From assembly GCA_028534125.1 (NCBI GenBank), contig CM052817.1, positions 10,852,001 to 10,916,000 on the forward strand: a stretch of DNA of 64,000 bases, written 5' to 3'. This document shows positions 1-13,935 of the stretch, in pieces. The stretch comes from Lama glama (Eukaryota). The number at the start of each line of letters is the position of its first letter. Within the stretch, counting starts at the first letter, position 1. Both the position numbers and the translations under genes were made by a program. The notes below the pieces were generated by a model. It did not search any database and was not told where the DNA came from. It was given only the letters and a program-made list of their open reading frames with translations.

Positions 1-119
1 CCGTCGGGTTCCTTCATGGCTCCACACAAGACTCCTTAGTTAACTGGATCCATGCTGGTCCTCAGGCATGAATCCTGGGACCCTTCTAAGTCATTTTATT
101 CTTCTCTCTTCGTGTCCAA

Positions 120-275
120 AAGGAATCTTTTGGGCACTGACTCTGTGGTGGGTACCCTGCTAGGATCGGGAGTATAGGGGCTTACAACATGGTTCCTATC
201 ACTGAAGAATTCACAAATTAGTGGAGGAAACCAACAAACAGGAAATTACTATCCATTGCAATCATTACTGAGTAG
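120..275 (-). mobile_element. L2 LINE fragment
   Basis: Degenerate match to the reverse-strand L2 3' region (gggcactgactctgtg..ccctgctagg..gaattcacaaattagtggaggaaac). Confidence 0.5.
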
Positions 276-285
276 AGAAAACCAA

Positions 286-472
286 GAGTGCTCACATCCC
301 TCACCACTCCAGCTGTGGTCCTGGCTCCAGCAGGACCACCACCAGCAGCAGCAGCACCTGGAAGCTTGTTAGAAATGCAGAATCTCAGGCGCCACCAGAC
401 CTACTGAATCGGAGTCTGCATTTTAACAAGATCCCAGGTGACTCTTGTCTACATTCGAGCCTGAGGGGCACC
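286..472. mobile_element. MER5-family hAT-Charlie DNA transposon relic
   Basis: Diagnostic core cacctggaagcttgttagaaatgcagaatctcagg..cctactgaatcggagtctgcattttaacaagatcccaggtga. Confidence 0.85.
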
Positions 473-964
473 AGAACAGAAGACTGAAGGAGGTAGCCAA
501 CTATCCCGATCAGGACTTGCAGTGCTAAAACCAGGACAGCCTCCGTCAAACCAGAACAGTTAGTCATCCTAAACAGAAGGCCACCAAAATGCGACTTGAG
601 GGGTAAGGAGCAGCTTGCAGGAACACAGAAGCCTAAGATGACATAGAGGAGTTAGTTAGGCAGATAGATACCGCTAATGAGGGCAATCCCTCTTAAGGTA
701 GCAAATGTGCTTGGTGTAGGTTTACAAACTCACCCCCAGAAGTCTAGCTTAGCATCATAACACCTCAGTGGCTGCCAAGGGGTCAGGTGTGTGGGTCCAG
801 ACAGCACATCTCAAAACGTTCCATCCATACCTCAATGAAGGTACCACATTTTCGGGATTAATTTGCATGTCAAGGGTTTTGTTAAATTTTCATGTATATA
901 TTTCCCAAAGTATTAAAAAGTGCTAAAAAGAAAAATAGTTTGGAATCCTCTGTTGCAGGGGAAG

Positions 965-1090
965 AAAGTAAGACTGTATGGCCAGGAAGACCTGGGTTTA
1001 AATCCGAGCTCTTTTGTTTACTGGCTGTGTGAGCATGAACAATTCATATCAATCCTCTGAGCTTCAGTTCCTCGTCTGTAAAGTGGGGTC
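965..1090 (+). mobile_element. MIR SINE, 5' part (resumes at ~1517 after an LTR insertion)
   Basis: gacctgggtttaaatcc..ctggctgtgtga..cctctgagcttcagttcctcgtctgtaaagtgggg, then ggggataataaactttacctc after the LTR. Confidence 0.75.
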
Positions 1091-1516
1091 TTGTCAGAGG
1101 TCCCCAAGGCCACCTTCAGGTCTGGTTTTCACTAGGAACCACAGAACTCAGAAAAGTTGGTATACTCATGGTTATGGTCTAGCATAGTGAAAGGATACAG
1201 ATTAAAATCCCCAGAGGAAGAAGGTGCTTAGGACAGAGTCCAGGAGAGACAAATACTAGGTTCCACGTGCCTTCCTCCAGTGGATTCATACAAATATCAA
1301 CTTACGTCTCATGTCATATGTGTTCACCATAAATCACATGTTATTATAAGTATCGGAACTATGTAGTATGGGCCATGGCCCAGATATACAATTATACTCT
1401 TTCTAGATAGGATATTCCCAGGATTCAGAGATGATCTTCCAGAAGCAGGTCAAGGGCCAGTCCCTTCTTTGAAATGTGCAGGATTTGAGCACCCTGAATT
1501 AACCCTTTATCACTCA
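1091..1516 (-). mobile_element. MER21-like ERVL solo LTR inserted in MIR
   Basis: ggtccccaaggccacc..actcatggttatgg..gtgaaaggatacagattaaaatc..agtccaggagagac..gaattaacccttt resembles the MER21B/C consensus as recalled. Confidence 0.75.
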
Positions 1517-1809
1517 GGGGGATAATAAACTTTACCTCGCAATAGACAGGTTCTTGTATTGTAACACGTAACAAACAGTGATGGTAAGAAAGCTTTCATT
1601 ATTCCCTGAATGAAAAATACCTGTTGTCTAAGCTTTTCTATATGATTCCACAGCTTCAACCATTTTCCCTTCCTTAGGCAAATACCATCCTTTCCCATTG
1701 ATAAATCATCTTTTTAAAGTCCATCCACCAGGAAGGCCTCTCTACAGACCAGACCCACAGTAATCCATCTCGCTCCTTCCGGCAGGCATTTTGATTCATA
1801 TCTCATGGC

Positions 1810-2940
1810 TACTTTTTTTTCTAAAGGAATATGGTATTATTTTTGTAAAAATAATGTATGCTTATTATGAATTCAAGCAATATAGAAAAGCACACATACA
1901 CACATACAAATTAAAATATCACGTCAAATTTTTCCACTCAAAACTAATCAATATTTTTAGGTGAATACTGTTCTGCATGTTTGTCTATATGTAAATGTAC
2001 ATAGATGATAGATTGATAGATGTTTTTCTGAAAATAGAGTCATGCTATAAGGCACTCGTCTTCATTAAAAGTGCTTAATTTTTTGAATTTACCAAAACAA
2101 AGAAATTAAAACAAAATAGAAGAAGTTGCTAATCTTGAAATGAATCTTTAGCTTAATAGCTATTTTAAAATACTTGGTTGTTGAGAAATAAAATGATGAT
2201 GATCACAATTGGAGGCATTCGGTGATTTTTCAAACTACAAGTTTCAATTTTAGGCAGCACTGATTGACTCCCAGAAATGATGAAGCCATTAGCACTCACA
2301 CACTTCCTCCCACCATCCCTCCCACCACCTCCTGATTTTTGTTAGTTACAGCATCATTTTTACAGTGTCAAGGTGTGTAGCATTTGCATTCTGCTTTGTA
2401 AGAATAATTTGCACCATTATTTAGTATCAGGTCTCTATATAAGTTGATTCAATGCTCATTTTTACCACATCCTCCATTCCTGAGTTCCATACTTTGATTC
2501 ATCTCTTAAGTGACCTGATTTCATTTTTAAGTAATTTGTTTTTCCAATAAGAGCTCAGGGGTTGAGTTATGTAAGTTAGTTAAGAATATCTTCCTGTTGC
2601 CCTTGTCATTGAATAACGTCTTGGTTACGTTTGATATTCTTGAATCACACTTTCCTCCAGAAAATGTAGACGCTGGTCTATTACCTTCGACTATTGAATA
2701 ATGGCTGTGGTCAGCCTCTGCCTCCTTCCTCTGTGACTTACTTATTCTTCCTGGATGCCTGAAAAGCTCACCCTTTATCCTTGAACTTCAGCACCTAGAC
2801 TAGGATATGTGTCTGCACTGCATGCTCTTTCTGCTTAGTGCCCTGTATCTAATTTCCTTGAAGCAGAGCAATTCTCTTCAACTGCAGAGTCATGGATTCT
2901 TTTTTTCATTGTATCCTTGAATAATTTTTCTGTTCTGTTT
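1810..2940 (-). mobile_element. Old L1M (L1ME-like) fragments
   Basis: T-rich degenerate sequence typical of antisense ancient L1 3' regions; subfamily not resolved. Confidence 0.4.
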
Positions 2941-2959
2941 GGTGTGTGATCCACCTCAA

Positions 2960-3905
2960 GGACTTCAACTACATATAGACGACCCACACATTTATATCTT
3001 TAAAGCCAGACCTCTCCTTGGAATTCCAGAATTAGAATCCAGCCACCTCCTCATATCTGCACTTGATTTAAGAGACAGGCAACACATCCAAAAACCAACT
3101 CTGGTTCCTACTGCAAATTTACTGCTACCACAGTCTCCTCAATCTTGGAAATGGAAACTTGACTCTTCCAAGTGTTCAGACCAAAAGTCTTGAGTTCTCC
3201 TTGGCTCCTCCCTTGCGTCTCTTCCCCATATCTGATCATTCTGCAAATCCTATTGTCTCCTCCTTCAGTATATCCAGAATCTGACCACTTCTTATCAAGC
3301 ATCCCTCTTACCCCAGTCTAACCCACCATCACCTCTTGCTGCAGATACCACAGTAGCCACTGAAGTGGTCTCCCTACTTCTACCCTCACTCCACAACGGT
3401 CTATTCTCAACAAATCAGTCAAAGTCATACTGCTTTCCTCTGCTCAAATCAGCCTATGGAGTATGTATGCCAACACCCACGATGGCTTACAAGTTGATAC
3501 AGATCTGGCTTTGGCCTCATTTCCTAGCATCCTCCCCGTTGGTTACCCCATTCCAATTATATCCACCACTTTCTGCTTCCAAAACAAATTGGGCACATCC
3601 TCACCCCACGGTCTTTATACTTGCATTCCCTCTCCCTGGAACACTGGGTTAGCACTTCCCCTTTAGCTGAGTCTTCCCTCCAGGGTTACCCGACCCTAGA
3701 GGCCGTCTCTGATCATCTGTATAAAATAACACCACCTCCACCATCGTGCTCACCATCCCTTTTACCTTGCCTTATGTTTCTCTTTAGCACTGTCACCATC
3801 TGACATGCTGACTTGTGTATTTGTTTATTGGCTGTAAACACATCAAAGACAGAGGCTGTCCACACAGATGGGCTCCATATTTGTTAAATGAATATAACTG
3901 AATTC
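2960..3905 (+). mobile_element. L2 LINE (L2a-like) 3' portion, ~0.9 kb
   Basis: ccagacctctcc..aacacatccaaaaaccaactc..atatccagaatctgaccacttct..ctgctcaaa..gcactgtcaccatctgacat..atttgttaaatgaat terminus. Confidence 0.85.
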
Positions 3906-4933
3906 TGGATTCATCTTTTTCTTCTCTCCCTATCTGTTAGCCACTACCTGAGTCCTTTTCTTGCACTTTTTAATCTGCTTTTCTTGTGTGCTTTTTAAGT
4001 CTTTTCACATTTTCTGTAATTGAAATTTCAACGATGTCTGCTCCCATCCTTGCTTCTTTAATTTTATTTTTTGGTTCTGTAATGGAAGTATTTAATTTGA
4101 CCATTTTTCCTCCTTCAGGCCACAATGCCCCCTTTTCATCAGGTTCTATTGCTTTATTACCTCATCTTTGAACACTTGTTTGTGTGGAATTCACACTCTC
4201 ATTGGGTTGCTCGATACCTAGAAACACTGGTGGGGAACTGCCTTCTGCTCCTTGGGTTATGTTTTCTTCTAGACTGGGTTCTCTGTCTGTGCTTTGTATG
4301 CGTTTTTCTTCCTCTGTTTTTTCTGTGGTTTGTGTAGTTGACATGCTCTGATTTTTTTTTAATTGAGTTATAGTCAATTTACAATGTGCCATACTCTTTT
4401 TTAATCTTGCTCTTACTATCTCTGGGCAGAACTTCTCTTTGCTCTGATATTTTACTAGTGACTTTTAACTATTTTTTTCCTCAAATGTGTCCTTTGAGAG
4501 TAGCTTTTGAGAGTTCCTCAATAGCTGTGTGTATTTGGCGAGTATTTTCAAGAGCCTGAGGTCTTGGATGGCGATGGGCAGGGAGAAGGGGCAGATCTAA
4601 GGCAGGAGGGAGTTGAAACACAGCACTGTTCCAACTCTCAGCAGATGCTCTCACTTCTGAGATTATGCTAAACATCCTCTCCACCAGTGTTTACCTACGT
4701 GGAGGGAAGGAGAGAGTAAGCTATTCCAGGGAAGAAGGGACATACGTTTTGCTTCATTTCTCTAAGTCTAAGGGGTTGTATTTCATCAGAGTACATTGCC
4801 CTCTGAGTCCTTTATTTCCCATGCCTCACCAGTCCCACCCTACAAGCTTTCCCCACTAATTTCCAGTGAGATGAGGGAAGGATAAGATTCAGTTTGCTTC
4901 TCCCTAGATTTGGAGGGTCTGTGTAAGAATTCT

Positions 4934-5334
4934 TATATTAATTTGCTGGGGCCGCCATGATAAAATATCACACACTAGACGGCTTAAACCACAGATGTTA
5001 ATCTTCTAACCATTCTGGAAGATTGAAGTTCAAGTTCAAGGTGCCAACAGTGTTGATGTCTTGTGAAGATTCTCCCTGGCTTGCAGGAGGCTGTTTTCTT
5101 GCTGTGTCCTCACATATTTTTTGCCCTGTGCACAAGCATCCCTGGGGGTCTCTTCAATCTTCTTATAAGAACACACCAATCAGATTGAATTATGGCCTCA
5201 GCCTAATAGTGTAACTTTAACTTAACCACTTCTTTGAAGATCTTATCTCCAAATAAGGTCACGTTCTGAGGTGCTGGGAGTTAGGGCTTCACGTATGAGT
5301 TGGAGGAGGAGGGGATACAATTCGGCCCAGAACA
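4934..5334 (-). mobile_element. MLT1A/B MaLR solo LTR
   Basis: ggcttaaaccacaga..ttctggaaga..aagttcaaggtgcca..cttataagaacacacc..atctccaaataaggtcacgttctgaggtgctgggagttagggcttca..caattcggcccagaaca. Confidence 0.85.
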
Positions 5335-6439
5335 GTTTCAGAGATGCAGCTGACGTTCTGGTTACAGCTCCTGGGGTGACACTGTACTCCCTGCATGTGC
5401 CTGCCCTCCTGAGCTGTTGTTTCTTTCCTGGGCTCATGTCATTGGACTGTGGTTGAATTACTCTAAATATTACTTTTGTTAGGAACCCATGGTGTCCAAA
5501 GGGAGAGTGTGCATCGTGAGTTCTGCTTTGAGATTTATTTTCTGCTCCAAATCTGTATTTCATACCCACCAAGAAGTGGGCACTGCACAGTGATGCTAGG
5601 GTCTGGGTCACAGTACAACTGGACCCTTACTGCCCTCATTGCCTGCCTCACACCTTCTGTCTCCAACCTGATCATGACTTACTAGGAGGAAATTTCCACA
5701 TCTCCCTCTTATCTATTTCCATGCCTAGCCCGGTTCTTTGTCTGAAGTTGTGGGTATTCAGTAAAAATCATTTGGGAAAAGAAATGTATGTGAAAAGTTT
5801 AAAAGCTGCTGTCACAATGTCATTTGTTCTTAGCCCCAAAGAAAGAAAGAAAAAACCTGCCCAACTTTTTTTGGATTTCAAAGGAGGGGTAAAGAAAAAG
5901 AGACTCACATCTGGCTAAGTTTTAACTCTGAATACTTTGCATAATCAGTTAGAAACCCTTTGTTAATGGGCCAGATGGCTGTTGAACCCCAAAAGGAAAT
6001 TAAATATGTAGGCTGTGGCAGTTGAAGGAGGGAATTAGAAATTCCTTTCTAAAGAGAAAGGACTTCATCTGGAGCTGCCCTGTAGGTGTGGTTAACAGCG
6101 GCCATTGGTATCTTAGCAACCAAGCCCCTTCCCTTTCTCACGGTCTTCAAATGGTTCTGCATAGACACTGGAGGATGCACCCAGCAGCCATAATGCCTTC
6201 CAGAGGAACTGGAAAAGCCCAAACTAACGAGGATGGGAAGGGATCGCCCTCCCGGCCCGGTTTACCCGATGCCACTGATGCCCCACTAGTGGGACCAGCC
6301 CCACTCACTCTGTCGTGAAGTCCTGGCCTGGGCAGGCTGCAGAGTCCGAGATTCAGAACTTAGAGTCACTCTGAACACATGAAGAATTCCTAAGGCAAGT
6401 CCAGGAGACCTTTATGCCCATGAGTTAGAGTGCACCCTA

Positions 6440-7112
6440 ATCACAGTTCAACTTTCAGCATCTCCCTCTGGGATTACCGCAAGTAGCTCCTCATGGATTT
6501 CCTGCCCCTGCGTCTTTCCCTCCACCAGCCCAGTCTGCTCACGGCAGCCAGAGTCATCGTCGTGTGAGGACAGCCTACCTACGTCTGTCTATGTCTGCCC
6601 GTTTCTGTCCCACGAGGCCTTTTGTGATCGGCTCTTGCTTACCTCTCCAGCCTGTTCACCCTTCCCCATGCACTCCTGGCTTTGGATGGACCATACCATT
6701 GCAGTTCCTTGGACACATCAGGCTGTTTCACACCTTGTCTTGTGCCTTACGGCACACTTTTCCTTCTGAAGGTTACACCTTAACCTCACTTCTGAAATTG
6801 CTCAATTCCTCTTTGTCCCTTAGGATTCAGCTCACACATCATCTTTTCTGGGAAACTGTCCAGAGCCCTCTTTTTATCCCTAAGTCTGTTTTGTATGTTC
6901 CCTCTCTCTGCTCCTATAGGACTCCAGGTTTACATCTGTCTTAACACTAAGGAAAATATACTCTAGTTCTTGATTTCTTGTCTCTGTCCCCAATTAGATG
7001 TGAAATTTTCAAGGACAAGGAGCCATGTTTTGCTTTTTCCCCTATTCTCCACACCCAGTGCAGGGTCTAGGAGAAAATAGATGGTAAGTAATTGCGCAGT
7101 GAATGAATGAGC
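6440..7112 (+). mobile_element. L2 LINE 3' portion
   Basis: gcagccagagtcatc..tagatgtgaaattttcaaggacaaggagccatgtttt..gaatgaatga terminus. Confidence 0.75.
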
Positions 7113-7329
7113 ACGTAGTGAAGCAGACAGTATGACTTGGCAACCAATCCAGGTTTTCCATGTCTGTTTACAGATCCTTCCTAGACTGGAGTTCTGCTTT
7201 TATGAGATGTCAGCCAGAATAGCATAGAAGAAGTGTATGTAATGGCTTAAAGCCCCAGAAAGCTGCATTCTAACTTCCCTTGGCCTGTGGTTGAGAAGAG
7301 ATTCATCAGCAGGAAAATAGCCAAAATTT

Positions 7330-7810
7330 TCTGGAATCTGAGCTTGTTCAAGAGACTTATCATCTGAAGCAATCTCTTCTCTAGTGGAAGAATGGATCCT
7401 TTACACACAGTCCCAAAGGTGTGTTTCAATACCTTTCATATCCATGAACACAGGACCCCTTAAGGAAACCCATTCCATTATTGAGCATGCCTAATGAGAG
7501 TCTGAGCCAAATAATTTAGATCTTTATTATAAAATCCGATCCATTCATGTCCATTCCTTATAGCTCCTGGCAGGTAACTCACTGGCTGAAATTTGCTTCA
7601 ATATGTCTTCTTCATATTGGTCTGAACTGTGTCCTTTGTAGCAGCCCAGGCACAGAGACTTCTTTCTTCTATGTTACTCTTCATAGAGTAGAAGACCACT
7701 GTCATGCCCCTTCTTAGCCTTTTGTTCTCTAGGCTGAACTCTTTGGGTCCATTCAACAGCTGCTCATGAGATAATGATTTTCTGGTACTTCGTCACCCCG
7801 GTTACCAGCT
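7330..7810 (-). mobile_element. L3/CR1 LINE fragment
   Basis: ttctctaggctgaactct..ccattcaacagctgctcatgagataatgattttctgg..tcaccccggttaccagc resembles the antisense CR1/L3 RT 3' region. Confidence 0.6.
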
Positions 7811-7912
7811 TTTGTTTGTATGACCATACAGAGCCTAATCTGTATGATAATATATAATTAGCAAGAATGTACCAATGTCAATTGTCAAGACTATGAAGAA
7901 ATGTTGTGCTCT

Positions 7913-8325
7913 TTGTAAGTAAACAAGTTAACCCACCACAGTTTCATGGATGCTGGCAAAAGATACAAGACTCCTAGGGCAGAGGCAGGGACAGCAACAG
8001 CACTGGCCAAAGCATCAGTAGTTCTACAAGTTCTCCAAGCCCCAGTCCCCACAGAAAGAGAGGAGCAGGGCCAGGTAGCACATGAATTCACAGTGGGTTG
8101 CATTATAGAAGAGGAACCAAAAGATTCGGAAACCCCATCTTTTCTATAATAGAGAGCGAATAAACCTGCCCAATTTTGCACCAAAGGGAGACGTTATCTT
8201 TCTCTTGCCAAGGTCATTTGCTAAACAAATTTTCACAGAAAGCACAAAACAAAATATTGCCAATACTTCTATTTGGGAGATGTGCAGAAATTCAAAATCT
8301 CTGTTGAAAACTGTCTCCCAAAACC
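7913..8325. mobile_element. Ancient ERVL-type solo LTR (subfamily not assigned)
   Basis: tgtaagtaaacaagttaacccac..ggatgctggcaaaagatacaagactcct..gtgggttgcattatagaagaggaacc..agggagacgttatc resembles eutherian ERVL LTRs. Confidence 0.5.
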
Positions 8326-8877
8326 CACTGTAGGATCAGCAGCCAGGAGGCGAATCAGCTGTAAGTGAACCATATAAAGAGATACATTGTAAAGAGCTCT
8401 AGTCTCTAGAAACAACGATGATTGTGAGCACTGCCTTCAGGTACAGGGAGAAGAAAGACCTGTACCGCAGAGGAGCCGTGGCCTTGAATTGTGAGAATGG
8501 CAGCCAGTGGACACACACCCACTCATTCATTATTTATGAGCACTTTTCCTTCCTCCATTTAAGGGTGCATTTAGTGAAACAGGGGTCAGAACCCATGGAA
8601 TCCCCTTAGGAATGGATTCTGGGTCCCGTGTGGTAGGTGACATTTTTACTTATTGCTTTAATTATGCCTATTGTAAGAACCCGCAAGACAAAGCAAAGGG
8701 CATGTGTCTGTGAAAAATGGGTTTATTATGGAAATTGCTAGTGATTTTTTGTGACCATAATGGTATCAAGCCAGCTTAATCCTAAGAACAGTGATGAAAT
8801 TATGACAGGAAGTTCTGCCAGAATTTTCACGTCCATCCAGTCAGTCATGTGTCTCTGGACTTGAGAAGAACTTGGGT

Positions 8878-9300
8878 TTTATTCATTTATTTATTCAGCT
8901 GATATTGAACAGTAGCAGGTACTATTAGAGGTCCGGAGGATCAAGCAATGAAAAACATTAAACTCTTGCCCCATCTGCATGGAGCTTACATCCTAGTCGG
9001 GGAGACAGAAAGCCAACAGGTAAATACACAAATGAGTAATATCAGGTGGTGGCAAGTGCAACAGAGAAAATGAAGCAGGACAAGGGGATGGAGGGCCAAG
9101 GAGGAGGGGTGCCGAGAAAGGGAAGGCCTCTCTGAGAGATGATCTGAATAAATGGGGAGTGCTTGCCCCACCAGGATCTGAGGGACAAGTATTCCAGCAA
9201 GAATGAATAGCAAGTACAACCTGCTTGGCTTATTTGAGAAGAACCGAGATTAGAGGGGCTGGAGTAGAAGGAGCAGGCTAGACGGTGGTGGGAGGCGAGG
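8878..9300 (-). mobile_element. L2 LINE fragment
   Basis: attcatttatttattcagc..catggagcttacatcctagtcggggagacaga..ggaaggcctctctgag..attccagcaaga..ggctggagtaga. Confidence 0.75.
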
Positions 9301-9439
9301 CTTTGCCCTTCTCTGGAGCGCCATGCTTTAGATCACGTGGGAAATCTGAGCTTCTCTCTTTCATGGGAGAGAAAAGACTTTACTCCTTTGTCATGACAGT
9401 CACCCTTACAAACAAACTTAAAACATGAAAACTACCACA

Positions 9440-10015
9440 CTACAGCTGAAGATATCTTCTTAAAACTTTATATTATGCCCCTGTTTAAAACTTTTCATTG
9501 ATTACCCACTCATTATCATTTAAATGCAAACAGCTTGGTATCTCATCCAAATCTCACCAGTTCTCCAGCCTCACCTTTCCTGTGGCATCACCCTGATACC
9601 AGAGGATCCAGCTTTAAAGAAGCCCCTGCAGGCTCTCCAAAGAGTCCCTGTGGGGGACCGTCCCCCTGGTGATACCTCTTCCTGGAGCATCTTTGCTTTC
9701 TTTTCTCCCCATTATCTCACATGCTTCCTTCAGGACTGAGCTGGGCCACCGCAGCTCAGGGAAACTCTACCTAAGTCCCTAATCTGGGTAGGAATCTCTT
9801 CTGCCTTCAGTTCCCTCTTGCATCTTTCTCAGTTGTAATACTTCTGATTATACATCAGCGATACACTGACTACTTTCTGTGTATCACATTAGATGTTGAG
9901 CTTCTTGAGGGGAGGGAATCTCGAATTTTATCTCTGTGTTTCCAGTTCTTAATGTTCTTCGTGGTAAGTGCCTGATAATATTCTTGGCAGAAAAGATAAA
10001 CGATGACTGCATGAA
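9440..10015 (+). mobile_element. L2 LINE fragment
   Basis: cctgtttaaaacttttcattg..attagatgttgagcttcttgaggggaggga..gtgcctga..atgaat. Confidence 0.6.
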
Positions 10016-10427
10016 TATATTACATTTGGAGACTTTCTCCATTAACAGGAAGGATTTGAATACATTCTTCTGGACCACTAGGCATCTGCTCTTATCACAT
10101 GGAATACATTTACTTCTGGGCTGCTCAGAATATAATTCAATAAATTTGTTTTAAATCTATAATGCATTAATCAACCACATTTCAAAAAGTTCACACTGCT
10201 ACTATCCTGTCATAATCTAAGTATCATTGGATATAATCTTCTTGGCTCTTTTTTTCTCCTAAGAATTAAACCTATTATTTGTTATTCCAGGAATGATTGT
10301 GTATTTCATGGAGTGAGAAACCCACTTAAGAGGGGTGAGCAGACCCTGAGATCCCTAGAGAAATATAACCCTTCCTTAGAAAGAATTGTTCTTGGGGCTA
10401 CTTTACAGAGAACTTAAATCTTTGATG

Positions 10428-10768
10428 TCTATGATCTCACTTATATGTGGGATTTATTTTTTTTTTAAGCTGAACTCATAGTAACAGAAAGTAGAATGTT
10501 GGTTATGAGAAGTTGGAGCAAGAGAGAAAGGGGAAATTTTTTTTAAAAAGTATAATATTGGTCGCAGGGAGTAGGGGTGGGGGTCATGGGAATTCATCAT
10601 TTAATAGGTACAGAGTTTCAGTTTTATAAGAGGAAAACAGTTCTGCAGATGGATGTGATAATGGTTGTACAATAATATAAATGTACTTAATACCACTGAA
10701 CTGTACACCTAAAATGGTCAGGATAGTGCATTTTATATTATGTCTGTTTTATTGCAATAAAAAAATTT
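10428..10768 (+). mobile_element. L1MA/L1MB 3'UTR, 5'-truncated
   Basis: atgatctcacttatatgtgg..gtaacagaaagtagaatgttggtta..ggtacagagtttcagttt..aatgtacttaataccactgaactgtacacctaaaatggt..caataaaaaaa. Confidence 0.85.
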
Positions 10769-10867
10769 GAGGGAAAACGTGAAATTCAAAGTCCTTAGCC
10801 AGTAGAGCTTAGAGGAGAATGTGTTAAATGGTTAACTGAATGTCCTGAGTCACTGCTGCTCAAACAA

Positions 10868-11330
10868 TGTGTAACGCTTCCTTCCATTTTGGTCATTCCT
10901 GAAGAAGACCCTGAGACAAGGATTTGAGGGAGACAATTCATTTGGGATGTGCTGAGAATTCCAATAGGGAGCCAGGGGAAATAACGCAGGGAAAAGAAGC
11001 TGGTCAGCAAAGTGTGTACAACTAAGCCAGCTACCCTGGTGGGTGACTGGAGCTTCATCCCAGAGGAAACGCTGGGAAATGACGCAAAACATGCTCCTCA
11101 CAAGTATCCAGCTCAAGCCGTGAGGGAGCTGGGGTATTTATACAGCCACACCCAAGAGTCACTGACTGGGGATAACTTGGGGGTTGTTAATTTCTGGACA
11201 TTTCATGCTTGCCTGTCTCTCTGAATGGTGCACCTAGAGTAAGAAAGGCAAAGGTCAGGTATAAAGATGAGATACGGGGCAGCAAGTAGAGGGAAAGGGA
11301 CACAGGTGGAGCATGGACCACATTTACAAC
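10868..11330 (-). mobile_element. LTR33/LTR16-class ERVL LTR
   Basis: gaagaagaccctgagacaaggatttgag..ttcatttgggatgtg..ctgtgggtgactggagcttcatccc..gggagctggggtatttata. Confidence 0.6.
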
Positions 11331-13669
11331 AGTATTATGGTCAGCAAGAGTCTTTCCTGGCTCTGAACAATACAGGGGTCCATCCTAAGCTCACATTTCA
11401 GAGAGGTCTCCTATCCAACCAATGAGAATAAACACCCATGTGCTGCAGCCCCACATGACAGTGAACTTGAGTAGGACCAGCATTCAGTTTACAGAGAGGG
11501 CTGCTGCAACACCAAGCAGGCAAACAAAAGCTTTCCTCAGAGTTAGCAAAAGAGCAGGTACCCAAAACTGTACAGATGATGCCAAAGGCAAACAAAACAG
11601 AATTAAAATAAAGTGATAAAAGTTTTGCTTAAAGTGAACAGTGACTAAACCCAGAAGTAATGGCTGAGAATAAAATCAGCAGGACAAGATGGTATAGGGC
11701 ATATACCTGGGGGTCAACCAGAGGAGAGGGAGAAGCAGAGAAAGGAGTCGACGACAGGCCTGTATAAGAGATGCTTTCCTGGTCCAACTGGATCAGAGTT
11801 CCTTGTAGTGTCTTACAAAGGAGGATCTGCTCATTGATATTAGAACATCATTGTACTCATGGCTGTTGTAAGCATTTCTGTCTAATCATCTGTATTTTGT
11901 TCCCTTTTCATAATAAAGGATTAGTCCTGCTCAACTAATCCTTTTATCATCCTTATAAAATCCTGGAATAAAGAACCTATCCAGGTATTGCTGTGTTCAG
12001 ATACCAAGCCTGCGAGGATCCTAACACCCGGAAGGTATAAGCCACGGAAGCACCCACCCTTCCCCCAACAGGTGGGTTTCTGCTGGGTATGCGGGCTGCA
12101 CATCACAGAATGTCTCCTGAACAGCAGGAATTTTAATTAAATCAGGAGAAATCTAATTTGGCCTAAATTGGCTTGCAACACAAGGTGTTAAGAGGAACAG
12201 AAATTGTTTTGCAATACGGATGTTTGTGGAAGGGACAGGATCAATCCATTGCTACTGTAATGAAAAGTGATATTGAAAATGTGAAGCCTACTGAGGAAGG
12301 GAGAAATTCTGAAAATGCTGATCTGTGATATTCGGATAACAGAAAGAAATATATTGTAAACATTCCCTCCTAAAACTGATAGCACCAAAAGGTACAAGAG
12401 ATATTGGAGGTTGATTACTGATAAACTTGGAAGGAAATAATGGAGGAGAAAGAGGAGGCAACCATGAGTGTAAGTCACTCTTACTTGTTTAGACTGGAAG
12501 AGGCGGGGGACATTATCCTAATTTGGGCAGAGAGATAATCAATATCATCTTCCTTCATTTTTCCAAGCAATAGGATTTACTGGACTGAGAAGAGGACCTT
12601 TGAGCAGGAATGAAAGGATTACCAAGGAGAACTACAAAGATCCAGCAAAAGGATAAGAGGGAGACAAGTCTGAGGATGTGACAATAGAGTTGCAGGTGTG
12701 AACCATGGGGTATAGACTGAGCAGGAAAGAAAGGGAAGCATTGGAAAGATGGGCCATGTGGCAAAGGAAGGTTTGGGAATATCGTGGTGTTGATGTGGAG
12801 AAGAATGAGAAGCATTGGAAAGAAGGGAGGAAACTGAAAGGAAGGCAATTTTAGGTCATTTTCGGATACAGAAGTTTACATTCTCATCCATGTCAGACTC
12901 CTGGCAATAAAGCAAGTGTCATGGGGAGTCGTGGAGGAAAAGGAGCTTTGAAGTCTGGCTGTCGAGTGGCTCGTCTACGTCGATGTTGCCCACGACAATT
13001 GGAGGAATCGGGATGGAGAGGAAAATAGCTCTGCAATTGCCAGAGTCCCAGGGGAGAAGGGAAGCGGTCAAGAGGTAAGCAAATACAGGCAGTGGGAAGT
13101 GGTAAGGAGTGGGGTGGGTGAATGTCGTTCAGCTTCAGAGGAAGAGGGCTTTTGTTACCACGTGGATCAGAGTCATGGTCTGCAAGCAGCTAAGGAGAAC
13201 TTCCTCTGAGCCTGTGTCCCCCTGAGGCATGAAGTGTGGGAGGAAACTCCGCCTCCAGTCAAAGAAGGAGTAAGTGTCCTCTCAGGTACAGGAATCATTC
13301 AGGTGGAGTGGGGTCCTCAGTTGTGCCTGGCACAGCAGTCACTCCCCCAGACGTCAGGCAGGCACAACCAAATAACGTGCCATCAGAGGATCCGTGAGCG
13401 GATAAATCTGAGATAATACTGCACCATTTATCCCCCTCTAGGAGAATCACATTAGAAACTAAAAGATTCAGAAAATCCTGGAGAGTAGAAACCTGTTTTA
13501 CCCTGATGTTTTCCTATTTACTCAGCCACCAAATTGCGGTCCTGGGCGGATACCAAGTAACACCTCACAACACAGGTGTCCTACAGTGAGTGGAAAAAGC
13601 CGCGTTAAGGTAAGGAGGGAGAAAGAGGCTTCAAAGAAAAGATCAGGAGACTGCCTCTCTCGAGGCGCA

Positions 13670-13935
13670 GCCTGGGCTGCAGTCTGCCTGCGCAGCTTTG
13701 AATCCCAGCTCGAGTACTTCCTGGCTCTGTAACCTTGGGTGAACTACTTGCTCTCTGTGCCTCAGTTTACTTACTCATAGTAGAAGAAGATGGAGGAGGA
13801 GAGGAAGGAAGAGGAGGCGGAGGAGGGAGAGAAGGAGGTGACCCGCGTAGGTGGCGGTAGTGATTATATAACACAGGGATGCCTGGACTATGATTGATGG
13901 TATATGATATGTGGCCCCCGGATGAGAGCTGTTAT
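13670..13935 (+). mobile_element. MIR SINE with internal GGA-rich purine tract (~13780-13840)
   Basis: ttgaatcccagctc..tgtaaccttgggtgaactacttgctctctgtgcctcagttt core. Confidence 0.7.
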